This document shows, one piece after another, positions 40,699 through 49,400 of a DNA stretch of 64,000 nucleotides; position 1 is the first letter of the stretch, and every line of letters begins with the position of its first letter. The DNA lies in the NCBI GenBank assembly GCA_965222235.1, contig OZ244939.1:184585-248584 (forward strand). Reading direction: 5' to 3'. Source of the stretch: Minisyncoccota bacterium (GTDB lineage Bacteria; Patescibacteriota; Minisyncoccia; Phycocordibacterales; JABAAK01). Under the pieces are notes generated by a model. That model was not told the origin of the DNA and searched no databases. It was given only the letters and a program-made list of their open reading frames with translations. Position numbers and translations under genes: made by a program.

Positions 40699-41562
40699 TT
40701 ACCCGTCGTATCCCCGGAGCGCCTCAATGAAGCCGTCAATCGCACCGTCAAACACACTGTCCGGATCCCGTTCCTCATAGTCAACCCGCATATCTTTCAC
40801 CAATTTATACGGATGCAACACATACGAACGGATCTGATTGCCCCATTCAATACTTGTCTGTTTATCAAATGAAAGATCCTGCAGCTGCTGCACCCGTTTC
40901 CGCTGCATGAGGGAAAAAAGTTTTCCGCGGAGAATCTCAAGTGCCGCTTCCCGGTTCTGCGCCTGTGACCGTTCCTGCTCAACACGGACAATGATTCCCG
41001 AGGGAACATGTTTGATGCGCACCGCCGTCTCCCGCTTGTTCACATTCTGTCCGCCGGGTCCGCCGGCATTGGTAAACGACACCTCCAGATCGCTTTCCGG
41101 AATGTCCACCCTGCTGACCGGCGGCAATTTCGGAACAACATCCACCAATGCAAACGAGGTGTGCCGCTGCTGCTTTGCGTTGAACGGCGAAATACGCACC
41201 AGGCGGTGCACGCCGGTCTCGCGGCGCAGCAGCTCATACGCCCGCCTGTCGGCGATTTCAATCGTAATATTTTTATACCCCCCGTGCTCGTTCTCATGCT
41301 TCTCCACCTCATATACCGGAAATCCTTTCTGTTCGGCGTACCGGCGGTACATAGTCGCGAGCATGCCGGCGAAATCTTCCGCATCATCACCGCCACTGCC
41401 GGCGATGACCTGCACGACCGCGGGGAATGACGATGCGACGCCGTCCGAGGCCTTAAGCTCGCTGTATTCCTGCACGATATCCTGCGCCTGTTCCTTGTTA
41501 TCCCAGAATCCCGGCGACGCCATAATCGCTTCAAGCTCCTTTTTTCTTTCTTCAGTATCCAT
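40699..41562 (-). CDS. prfB: peptide chain release factor 2, short form lacking the +1 frameshift segment
   Basis: GGQ motif (GGPGGQNVNKRETAVRIKH) and RF2-like SPGFWDNKEQAQ at the N-terminus. The ATG abuts the tRNA-Thr gene, leaving no room for the N-terminal frameshifted exon. Confidence 0.82.
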   Translation of the reverse strand: MDTEERKKELEAIMASPGFWDNKEQAQDIVQEYSELKASDGVASSFPAVVQVIAGSGGDDAEDFAGMLATMYRRYAEQKGFPVYEVEKHENEHGGYKNITIEIADRRAYELLRRETGVHRLVRISPFNAKQQRHTSFALVDVVPKLPPVSRVDIPESDLEVSFTNAGGPGGQNVNKRETAVRIKHVPSGIIVRVEQERSQAQNREAALEILRGKLFSLMQRKRVQQLQDLSFDKQTSIEWGNQIRSYVLHPYKLVKDMRVDYEERDPDSVFDGAIDGFIEALRGYDG

Positions 41563-41563
41563 G

Positions 41564-41636
41564 AGCCACCTGTCGGATTCGAACCGACGACCTACGCGTT
41601 ACGAGTGCGTTGCTCTACCGACTGAGCTAAGGTGGC
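41564..41636 (-). tRNA. tRNA-Thr (anticodon CGU)
   Basis: Manually folded cloverleaf. A 7-bp acceptor stem GCCACCT/AGGTGGC, D-arm GCTC/GAGC, anticodon loop CTCGTAA with U33 and A37, and T-loop GTCGG-TTCGAAT-CCGAC. There is one A:C mismatch at the base of the anticodon stem. Confidence 0.8.
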
Positions 41637-41690
41637 GTAGTACTGGTGTATAGTAGCATGCGGAATAATATACTACACTATATATATTCA

Positions 41691-41761
41691 GCGGGTATAG
41701 TTCAGTGGCAGAACGTAGCCTTCCCAAGGCTAAAACGAGGGTTCAATTCCCTCTACCCGCA
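41691..41761 (+). tRNA. tRNA-Gly (anticodon CCC)
   Basis: GCGGGTATAGTTCAGTGGCAGAAC...TAGCC-TTCCCAA-GGCTA...GAGGG-TTCAATT-CCCTC-TACCCGCA. A typical tRNA-Gly acceptor and D arm with a short variable loop. Confidence 0.8.
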
Positions 41762-41861
41762 CTTAAGTGTAAAAGAAGGATGGTACCCAGTTCCCCATTG
41801 ATGCCCCGAACTATAGACGGAGTGCTTATATTGCATTGTTATGCCTAATCATCAACAGGAC

Positions 41862-44144
41862 CTATTTTTGACCGGTTGAAATTATTTTATCCAGAATTTC
41901 AATCTCTCGCCGCATACTACTATCTCCAATACTATCAATTTCATCAGCAAGATACTCTCTCAACGTGGTCATGATTGAGCGGTATTCGTCTGATAATGCG
42001 AGACGATTGGATGTTCGTTCCCACCTGCCCAGTTCGGTAATAACCTCGATAACCGGTATACCTTCCTCACGGTAGCGAATGATCGGGATTTCTATTTGTG
42101 CTTCCGGAGCAAGCTCCGCTTCGTGCACAATCCAATCCTTCATTACATTCACATACCGTGACAAAACCACCCCTTTGTGAATGCCGGAGTTTGCGAAATA
42201 TTCCTCGTCGTCAGCACTGTCAAATTGAATATCTTGTTCATTTGTAAACTCTTCTCCCGAACGATTTTCATAGCTGACTCCGAGCTTCAGTTTTGCATCG
42301 TTGGTTAGCTTGCTGAGATGGAGGAGCACCAACCCACCTCTTGTTTCCTCGTTTATTCGTTCTGACGGGAAGAGGGTGCTCACTTTCATGAGTTCGCCGG
42401 TTGACAAATCTGCTTCGGGAGAGCCGTATACAGCATGAATGTCATACCCTTCTGATTCTAGGTTCAGTGTCAGGTCAAATACCAATGGAGTAACCATGTA
42501 GTCAAATCCGTCATCCATACGGTCTGTAAAGCCCTTTGCTGAGTGTACAGAGTAATAGTTTGCCCCTTTGGTCTTGGTGATTTCATTAATAAGTTCAGTA
42601 TTGAAATCAACACCTATACCAATAAAAGTGGTGTAAATGCCGTCATCAGCATTTTGCTTTGTAAGTCCAAATAAACCTTCCTCGCTGATTTGGCCCGTAT
42701 TAGGCATGGCATCAGTCAAAAAGATAATCCGGTTTTCATACTCGCTCCGATCCGAATCCTTAAATCTCTGGAAAAGTGCGGTGCCGGCCTGATACCCCGC
42801 TTCCATGTAGGTGCCGCCCGTCGGTATTATCTCAAGAATGTGGCTTTTGATTGCGTTCATATCAGTGCTTTCAACGCTGCGAAGACCCTTCGCGACATAG
42901 GCGCTACTCTCAAACAGAACCATTGCAAATCTATCTTTCAATTCAAGATGATCTAAAAGAGTTACAACCGATTCATTGGCGATTTTCATTTTTGACCGAT
43001 TATCAAACTCTTCCGCTGTACCAACGACATTCTCATGGTCTGTTCTGAATCGGTCATAGTAATAGCGATTAAACGATGAACCCATTGAACCAGATATATC
43101 AAGTACCACCACCAGGTTGAGCTTTTTTCGCCTAAAGTCATCCTGCCTGATGTCGGAGTTCAGACCGACCGATAAGAAGTGCTCCGTACTGCCGGAGAAC
43201 GGATCTCTTGAGACCGCGGTAGTGTATGAAGGACAAAATAAGTCAGTGCATGCCGCCTGAAGACCGGTATCAAATGTGTAGTCATAGAAGATACCTTCGT
43301 GAGTGATATCAGTTGGCACCGGAAGGTACCCATTGTTGATGTTTTCACGGAAGTTGTTTATATCGTTTGCTCCGCCCACCGCCAAACCGATTGTGTCAGA
43401 TTGGCTAAGCTTGACCGCCTGAAAAGAAAGACTGTCCAACGTAGCGTGCTGCACAAAACGAGATACGCCTTGCGCCATGAACTGAGTAACCATCCAAACA
43501 ACTAACAGCGGAACAAGCAATAAAATGTAGTAAAGGGAGAACAAAAACTTATTTCTGCCTGTTCGTCTGGTTATATCGTCCCCGCGATTACGAATCCAGT
43601 TGTATATGCCGCCGAAGAACAGGCATGCTATAAGCAGCAGAAAGGCAATGCCGATAGCACCGAATATCCAGAGCACAAGCGCTTCATTATTCTCAAAAAA
43701 AGCGAGCAAACTTCCGTGCAGGTTAAAAGCAAAAACCACCAAAACGACATAGAGCAGGACAACAAAACAAACAGCCGGCGCGCCCAACCAAAGGCGATGC
43801 TTTTTCCATACAGAGCTGCTATATTCACTTCGTGTCTTATCTGACCCACGCTTATGCTCTTTTGATATGAGTCCTTGGGAGAATTTGTATAACGGGAACC
43901 CAATGTAGGCAACAAAAAGAACTGCAAGTAAAACAACAATGATTTTGCCACCCAGTCCCGATTCTGCCCAAGATGTGGTTAAGCCCGATATGAGCGAAAA
44001 GCCTCCGTCATACATCCAATCGTCTACTTTACTGACACCAAAATCGTTGAATATATTTCTTATGACTGAAATAATTGATGGCAGCAATGGAATTGCTAAA
44101 AAAATACCCAGTGTTGTCCAAAAAGTTTGCTTTTTCATGATCAC
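41862..44144 (-). CDS. multi-TM membrane protein with an extracytoplasmic von Willebrand factor A (VWA) domain
   Basis: About six N-terminal TM helices. The VWA MIDAS motif DISGSMGSS is followed by the conserved downstream T and D. It is the first gene of the AT-richer island. Confidence 0.65.
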   Translation of the reverse strand: MIMKKQTFWTTLGIFLAIPLLPSIISVIRNIFNDFGVSKVDDWMYDGGFSLISGLTTSWAESGLGGKIIVVLLAVLFVAYIGFPLYKFSQGLISKEHKRGSDKTRSEYSSSVWKKHRLWLGAPAVCFVVLLYVVLVVFAFNLHGSLLAFFENNEALVLWIFGAIGIAFLLLIACLFFGGIYNWIRNRGDDITRRTGRNKFLFSLYYILLLVPLLVVWMVTQFMAQGVSRFVQHATLDSLSFQAVKLSQSDTIGLAVGGANDINNFRENINNGYLPVPTDITHEGIFYDYTFDTGLQAACTDLFCPSYTTAVSRDPFSGSTEHFLSVGLNSDIRQDDFRRKKLNLVVVLDISGSMGSSFNRYYYDRFRTDHENVVGTAEEFDNRSKMKIANESVVTLLDHLELKDRFAMVLFESSAYVAKGLRSVESTDMNAIKSHILEIIPTGGTYMEAGYQAGTALFQRFKDSDRSEYENRIIFLTDAMPNTGQISEEGLFGLTKQNADDGIYTTFIGIGVDFNTELINEITKTKGANYYSVHSAKGFTDRMDDGFDYMVTPLVFDLTLNLESEGYDIHAVYGSPEADLSTGELMKVSTLFPSERINEETRGGLVLLHLSKLTNDAKLKLGVSYENRSGEEFTNEQDIQFDSADDEEYFANSGIHKGVVLSRYVNVMKDWIVHEAELAPEAQIEIPIIRYREEGIPVIEVITELGRWERTSNRLALSDEYRSIMTTLREYLADEIDSIGDSSMRREIEILDKIISTGQK

Positions 44145-44346
44145 ATTGTGCCAAGAAAATCGGCATTTATACTACATTTTTATAATACCACCATCTTCCA
44201 ACTACGACTAAAAGAATCCACACAATGTAAAATAGCTGTATATGCTGCGGATTCCCGAGTCAAATTCCTACCGTATGAAAACGCTGCCGGCTGCCACAAC
44301 ACAAGTACGGAAACAAGACATACCGCCAACATGCTATACTGCCAGT

Positions 44347-44511
44347 ATGAAAAAAGATAATGAACATAAAGTACACGACGTACAAAAAAAGGTTCCTATC
44401 CTTAAAGCGCATGAGGTGCGCGACAAGTTCACTGATAAAGAATTTGAAGTGTTTGCTAAAGATATTCGGGATCGTTTCTTACCTGCGTTTAAAAAACTCG
44501 CTAAAGAATAG
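44347..44511 (+). CDS. candidate antitoxin (small charged protein immediately upstream of doc)
   Basis: ORF of 54 aa (MKKDNEHKVHD...) ending 3 bp before the doc start. Position and size fit a Phd-like partner. There is no sequence-family evidence. Confidence 0.4.
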   Translation: MKKDNEHKVHDVQKKVPILKAHEVRDKFTDKEFEVFAKDIRDRFLPAFKKLAKE

Positions 44512-44514
44512 TGT

Positions 44515-45006
44515 ATGGATTTTACCTATCCGCCGAAAGATGAGATGAGGGTGCGTATTGAAAAAATCAAAAATCTCTGCGAAAAAGAAAAAGATTCTTT
44601 CCTTGCAAGGATGTTCGCTTCACCCGACCCGCATGATAAGACAGTGGTGTTTGACTACATTGACGATGAATGGATAGACACGGTACACGGAAAGATTCAG
44701 TCGGTCGCTGAAAGCAGTATGTATAACGGTGACGGTACCGTTGAGCACCGAATCGCCTATATCTGCGTTGACATTAACACAGCGCATCGTTTCGGCAACG
44801 GTAACAAACGTTCAAGCCTGTTGACCTTACTTTTACTCCTCATCTACAACGATATGTGGGAGCGAATTCGCATGACAAATGATACAGACATCTACAACCT
44901 CGCCAAAAAGATCGCACGGGAGGGCTCAGCGGGGAGAGATAACAATATCATTGCTCTTCGTGAATGTCTCAAACACGGCAACTTTAAAAAATGTACCGAG
45001 ATTTAA
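44515..45006 (+). CDS. doc: Doc (death-on-curing)/Fic-fold toxin
   Basis: Doc-type Fic motif HRFGNGNKR (consensus HxFx(D/N)GNKR) in a protein of about 160 aa. Confidence 0.7.
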   Translation: MDFTYPPKDEMRVRIEKIKNLCEKEKDSFLARMFASPDPHDKTVVFDYIDDEWIDTVHGKIQSVAESSMYNGDGTVEHRIAYICVDINTAHRFGNGNKRSSLLTLLLLLIYNDMWERIRMTNDTDIYNLAKKIAREGSAGRDNNIIALRECLKHGNFKKCTEI

Positions 45007-45176
45007 TTCAATTTAAATAATCACATACCTAGCTCTACGGGTACAACGAGTCATGGACTTTGAGATTACCGAGATGTACGCGTGTCGTGTCTGTGACTAC
45101 TCTGTCTGCGTATGTAGTGTCTCATATCCCGCCGAACGCTGTGTCTGCCACGCCACAGAGCATCCTTGTTTTTTAC

Positions 45177-45644
45177 TCATCTTCCGGTGTAGGGGCGCAT
45201 TATACCGTTGTCTTCATTGATCCAGAATCTCTTGCCGGCATTCGGACCAGTGAAGTATATTCTACCGCACTCGCACTGCTCTCCCGTCTTATCCGGCTTG
45301 CAGATTCCGAATCTATCGTAGCGATAATTGTTTTCATCGTAAAGTACTGATGCAACCGACGGAATGATCGGACACACCAGCGGTTGTTTTGATGGGGCGG
45401 ATGTTTTCTCAGCTGAGATGTTTTTGAGCGCTTCCGTTACTTCCTGAAACCCCCGGTCAATTTGCTCCAGAATTTCTTCTATTGCTTTGTTGTCTTCATA
45501 CCGGGAAAATGTCTCAACAGGATTAATCGCACCGGTGCTACGCAATAGCGGGCTGTACGAGCCGGTTACAAAGCCGAGTATGAACAGCGCAAGCCCAACA
45601 ACCAACATACTGCAGATAATTTTGTGTTTTTGGCTCATATGCAC
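45177..45644 (-). CDS. hypothetical membrane-anchored protein
   Basis: N-terminal TM (IICSMLVVGLALFILGFV) and a C-terminal region with four Cys. No recognisable family. Confidence 0.35.
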   Translation of the reverse strand: MHMSQKHKIICSMLVVGLALFILGFVTGSYSPLLRSTGAINPVETFSRYEDNKAIEEILEQIDRGFQEVTEALKNISAEKTSAPSKQPLVCPIIPSVASVLYDENNYRYDRFGICKPDKTGEQCECGRIYFTGPNAGKRFWINEDNGIMRPYTGR

Positions 45645-45789
45645 CCATCATTATACTTTATATGTCATTAAGTTTCAGATTGAATTCGCACCTGAAGTGC
45701 AACAAAAAGAAAAAACACATACGCCCGCTTGGTACTATGGATATGTTACTAACCATAACCAAACAGGCGTATGTACACTCATAGTACCA

Positions 45790-46407
45790 TTACTAAGTGG
45801 TATACACCACCAGAGAATCTATGACCGGGTAAGAAGAGAGCGACCGGATCTCAAAGACAGGTTGCCGAGAAAAGGAAGGAAGAAAAGAAAGAAAACAGGA
45901 AAGAGGACAGTATGGGTCAGTACAACACGGTCAATACACAACAGACCGGAGACAGACGGGCTCTCCCGGGAGGGAGACACACTGGTGGGGCCGACAAAGA
46001 CAAGAATACTCACCCATGTGGAGAGGAAAAGCTTGTATCTTGATGCCAGAGTCATACGAGACGGTTTGTCCTACACCGTACATGAGACACTGCAAAAGAG
46101 ACCGCTGCAGGGACAAATCACCTATGACTGCGGTTCTGAATTCACCCTATGGAAATGGATAGAAGAGGATACGGGAGCGACTGTCTACTTTTGTGATCCT
46201 CATTCCCCGGGACAGCGGGGCAAGAATGAGAACACTACCGGCAGGCTCAGACGAGTCTACCCCAAGAACACTGATCTCAGCACGATAGCACAACAGAATC
46301 TCAACAATATTGTCCACCTCATGAACAACACCCCGAGGAAGTCCCTTAACTGGAAAACTCCCGCTCAGGTGTATACTGCACTTGTTGCATCTCAGTCGAG
46401 AGTCTAA
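45790..46407 (+). pseudogene. IS30-family transposase, 5'-truncated remnant (catalytic DDE domain only)
   Basis: The C-terminal 200 aa match the IS30 catalytic region (EGDTLVG ... YDCGSEF ... YFCDPHSPGQRGKNENTTGRLRRVYPKNTDL ... NNTPRKSLNWKTPAQVY). The N-terminal HTH domain is absent and no terminal inverted repeats were found. Confidence 0.65.
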
Positions 46408-46497
46408 TAAACGCAAAGGAAAACACATATCAGGAAAATATACAGCAAAATCAAGAAAAAGGAGGGCATTTCATTATTTCAACAAATTATCCGGAAT

Positions 46498-46602
46498 ATG
46501 ATGCTTTTTCCCACAATGTTTGTGTTACAATGCAATACATATGAAGGAGGGAAAAGAGTACATCCCGAGGTCGCAGGAACCAAAACCTTTCATGGAAGGA
46601 GC
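46498..46602 (+). repeat. direct repeat, left copy of the pair bracketing the RHS locus
   Basis: The 97-bp stretch at 46506-46602 is identical to 57499-57595, verified base by base. It carries ...ttgtgttacaatgcaatacat ATG AAGGAGG..., so it includes a start codon and an SD-like purine tract. This copy is followed by only a 29-codon ORF. Confidence 0.85.
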
Positions 46603-47247
46603 AAGGAAGAGGGAGGCGAAGTGGTGAGGGGAGAGCGAGGGCGAAGCGAAGCACAGCCCGAACTGACCCGAGCCCTGAGGCGATCGATGACGAAGTGAAC
46701 TCGCGAAGCAAAAGGACGGAAGGGGGAATACTGTACCTGCCGCGCCTTTCACCGACGACATTTTCTTTTTCCTTTGCCCCGTCGTGCGAGACGCAGTTCT
46801 GTCAAAGACATGATGACTGTCCACTCTCCATACCGTACCGGTACCTGGCTGTCTCGAGCACGCGGGGTGCGGGGTGCGGTTGAATTGCAAAAGAAAATGA
46901 CGACGGTGATTGGCGCGGGGAGCGGCGCGGAACACTTTGCGCGTTGCGAGCTTGCGAGTGGCGCTCCTTTGTTGGTTAAAGTGTTTACTGTGCGTACGGA
47001 GCGTATGGTTTGGTTTGGAGCTATGGGGCGAGTGGAGCGTGCGAGTTGGGAGTGTTTAAATTACACTGTTTCCGGAGTTCGTGGACAATGTAGGTTACTG
47101 TACTTTTGGGTAGTGTTTTGGAACTCTCTGAAGTTTGAGCACAATCTCCTAAACGGCACTTAGAGGTAAAAGATAGCACTATGCGATTGTTTATTCAGCT
47201 CTGCTGATCCTACTCGGCATAGTATATATTTTCTTTTAAAAACCTTT

Positions 47248-47892
47248 TCAATCCCATGGTATTTTATTTTCGTTTTCATCTACCGGGTAGTAATCTAAGA
47301 TAACACCATTTCTAAGAAAAGGAGATAGGGGCAGGTGATGGAAGTAGTACCTTTGACCTTCTTTGGGTCTGTGAGGTTGAAGGAATAAGTAGGTGTTTAG
47401 ACTGTTTTTTGCGCGTGCACTCCCACCGATATTAAATTCCGGATCCGCGATATTTATATGAGTACTCCAACCGAATGCACCCTGATTATAACTTTCAACT
47501 GTGTATATCTTTTTAATAGAAACATCCCCATAGATTAAAGAGATCATAGTATATTTTATGGCGGGGAATAAATAAAATAATAGGAAGATTCCTACAAAAA
47601 ACCCCATAAAATGGAGTGTGACTGCCATCTTGTTTGGTTTTCTGCGGGGAGAGATAAAATTGTACAACCCCTTTTTATTTCTTTTGTACAAAAAATAGTC
47701 TGTTTTGTACATTTCAAATAGAAGTAAAAGGGACACTGCACTGTAGAAGGAAAAATAAAAAATCCAGCTTGCCAACCATTCCGGTAGAAAAAATTGTGAT
47801 ATGGAAATAGTCACAAAAAAAACAGTACCGGTATATTTATAAATAGGATTTCCCTTGAAAAATTTAATGATTTTCTTTAGAATGTTCTTCAT
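47248..47892 (-). CDS. candidate immunity protein for the orphan RHS C-terminal toxin (3-TM membrane protein, paralog of 49369-50013)
   Basis: Protein of 214 aa. Its start overlaps the orphan toxin stop by 4 bp. It is roughly 50-60% identical by eye to the protein following the full-length RHS gene. Three predicted TM helices and a roughly 100-aa C-terminal soluble part. Confidence 0.55.
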   Translation of the reverse strand: MKNILKKIIKFFKGNPIYKYTGTVFFVTISISQFFLPEWLASWIFYFSFYSAVSLLLLFEMYKTDYFLYKRNKKGLYNFISPRRKPNKMAVTLHFMGFFVGIFLLFYLFPAIKYTMISLIYGDVSIKKIYTVESYNQGAFGWSTHINIADPEFNIGGSARAKNSLNTYLFLQPHRPKEGQRYYFHHLPLSPFLRNGVILDYYPVDENENKIPWD

Positions 47893-49400
47893 CTTCCTGA
47901 CTGTAACTCTGCTATTTGTCTTTTTATTCGTGTTATCTCTCTTATTAAGTAAGAGATTTTTTCTCTTTTTGCTCGCGCAGCCTGATAGGTTTCTATGTGT
48001 CTCCCTACTCCGCTATAAAAGGATTTTGGAAACGATCTTGTTGTCTCAGCAACAAAGCCTTTCAATCCTGTTGTAGCACTTACACCAAATATAGAAACGT
48101 TTCCGTTGCTAAGTTTTGTGAGTGTTGATGAGTACACTGCAGAAAAACTGTTGGAACCACTTGTAATGCCAGATATTTTTATATATTTGCCAATACCAGA
48201 AAAAACAGCACTCTCAAAAAATCTTGAACTAAGTCTTGCAAAATTAAACTCCTGATTCGGGTCCTTATGCATCTCCCATCCTTGCTCAATTGAATCTCTG
48301 ACTACACCACCAGCAGTGCCTGCAATGATAGCAGCTAGTAAAGAAGTACCTACTACCAGCCCTCCGGTAGTAGCACCTCCGGCTGTAGCTGCAATATATT
48401 TATACCCTTCAGAAACCTCACCGGCAATAACATCAGTAATCACCTGAGAACCTGCCCCTACTAATACACCAACTGTGACACCAATCGCTATATGCGCCAA
48501 CTCCCCATCCCTATCCTCATAGCGCAGAGGATTATTCATAGCATACGCATAGGTATGGTGTGCCTGAGGATTGGTAAGGTAGTCAAGAAACGATACGCCT
48601 GTTGCTGCCTCAAACGCCACCGGACCTCCTATGTATTCTATTACCGGATCTTTGGAGATAAACAGTCCTTTATTCGGATCGTAGTATCGAGCATTTCTGT
48701 AGATAAAGTCTGTTTCATCCGTTATATTCCCCGTATGGGTATAGAGTGAATCTGTTGTGGCTGTTTCCGTATGTTTTTCTCCGTAGGGGTAGTAGTCTAT
48801 TGTTTGGGTTACCGTTCCTTCTTTATTTATTCCCGCAATGGTACTTCCCAGTGCATCAGTGTAGAGATGGGTGTGCTGTGTTTTCTTGCATCGGGTGTCT
48901 TCTGTATTCGGGGATACAGTGACTGCTGTTTCATTTCCTCTTTTTACTACGATATTACCGTTTTCCGTTACCTTTGTATACTCTGTCTCCGGTGTGAGAG
49001 TGAAGAGGAGACTGGTTTGTGTGAGGAGACAAAGATCACTTACCCCGCTTACATTCTTGATACTTCCTATCACTTCTCCTTCGGCGAAGATGTGTGTTTC
49101 AATAGTACCGTTTTCAAGGGTGTAGTACGGATTTACAAAAACTGTACTACCTGTCCCCTTTGTTTCTTTCACCCGATTACCTTCATGATCATAGAGATAG
49201 GTGTAGGTGTCAGCTCCTTCGGTGATTGTTTTTACTCTGCCTTTGTAGTCCCAGGTAAGGGTGTTGGTTCCGTCTGTCAGGAAGTTTCCGTTTGTGTCAT
49301 AGGTCTGTGCCGCTGTGCCTACTGTAGTGGGCATGTGGGGGGTGGTGAAGGTTGTCTCATCGATTGTTCTACTCATCATATATCCTATTTCTATTTTCAT
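47889..49400 (-). CDS. orphan RHS C-terminal module: the last YD repeats, the RHS core (...RYYDPNKGLFISKDP...) and a diverged C-terminal toxin domain
   Basis: Residues from DETTFTTPHMPTT to NNPLRYEDRDGELAHIAIG are near-identical to the C-terminal part of the 50010-57374 protein. The last 200 aa diverge (VTVGVLVGAG... versus AAIGAAIGAL...). It has its own ATG (MKIEIGYMMSR). Expression is uncertain. Confidence 0.7.
   Translation of the reverse strand: MKIEIGYMMSRTIDETTFTTPHMPTTVGTAAQTYDTNGNFLTDGTNTLTWDYKGRVKTITEGADTYTYLYDHEGNRVKETKGTGSTVFVNPYYTLENGTIETHIFAEGEVIGSIKNVSGVSDLCLLTQTSLLFTLTPETEYTKVTENGNIVVKRGNETAVTVSPNTEDTRCKKTQHTHLYTDALGSTIAGINKEGTVTQTIDYYPYGEKHTETATTDSLYTHTGNITDETDFIYRNARYYDPNKGLFISKDPVIEYIGGPVAFEAATGVSFLDYLTNPQAHHTYAYAMNNPLRYEDRDGELAHIAIGVTVGVLVGAGSQVITDVIAGEVSEGYKYIAATAGGATTGGLVVGTSLLAAIIAGTAGGVVRDSIEQGWEMHKDPNQEFNFARLSSRFFESAVFSGIGKYIKISGITSGSNSFSAVYSSTLTKLSNGNVSIFGVSATTGLKGFVAETTRSFPKSFYSGVGRHIETYQAARAKREKISYLIREITRIKRQIAELQSGR
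48479..49362. repeat. duplicated RHS core segment, orphan copy (about 884 bp, near-identical to 50615-51498)
   Basis: The ORF track shows identical antisense ORFs at 48492 and 50628. Only a handful of mismatches were seen. The boundaries were read from where the alignment breaks: above 49362/51498 and below 48479/50615. Confidence 0.85.

Noticed and set aside
41564-41636. Concern that the tRNA-Thr call is a pseudo-tRNA because of an A:C mismatch at positions 31:39
   Set aside because: All other cloverleaf elements are canonical: a 7/7 acceptor stem, 4-bp D stem, U33, A37 and T-loop TTCGAAT. A single anticodon-stem mismatch is tolerated in genuine tRNAs.
45060-45140. Short reiterated gtgtctg/gtctgcgta motifs resembling a tiny tandem array
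   Set aside because: Only three imperfect units of 7-9 bp with no spacer/repeat regularity. This is not a CRISPR array or a meaningful satellite. No CRISPR-like arrays were seen anywhere in the window.
46960-47060. A group II intron domain V-like motif (GUGCGUACGG...GUAUGG) in the GC-rich segment
   Set aside because: The halves are in the wrong order and do not form the canonical 34-nt DV hairpin on either strand. No intron-encoded reverse transcriptase or maturase ORF is present.
48492-49125. Plus-strand ORFs duplicated at 48492/50628, 48771/50907 and 48871/51007 (85-217 aa, Cys-rich)
   Set aside because: They are antisense to the RHS coding sequence and are duplicated only because the underlying RHS segment is duplicated. 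They show low-complexity, Cys/Phe-rich composition typical of antisense frames of YD-repeat DNA.
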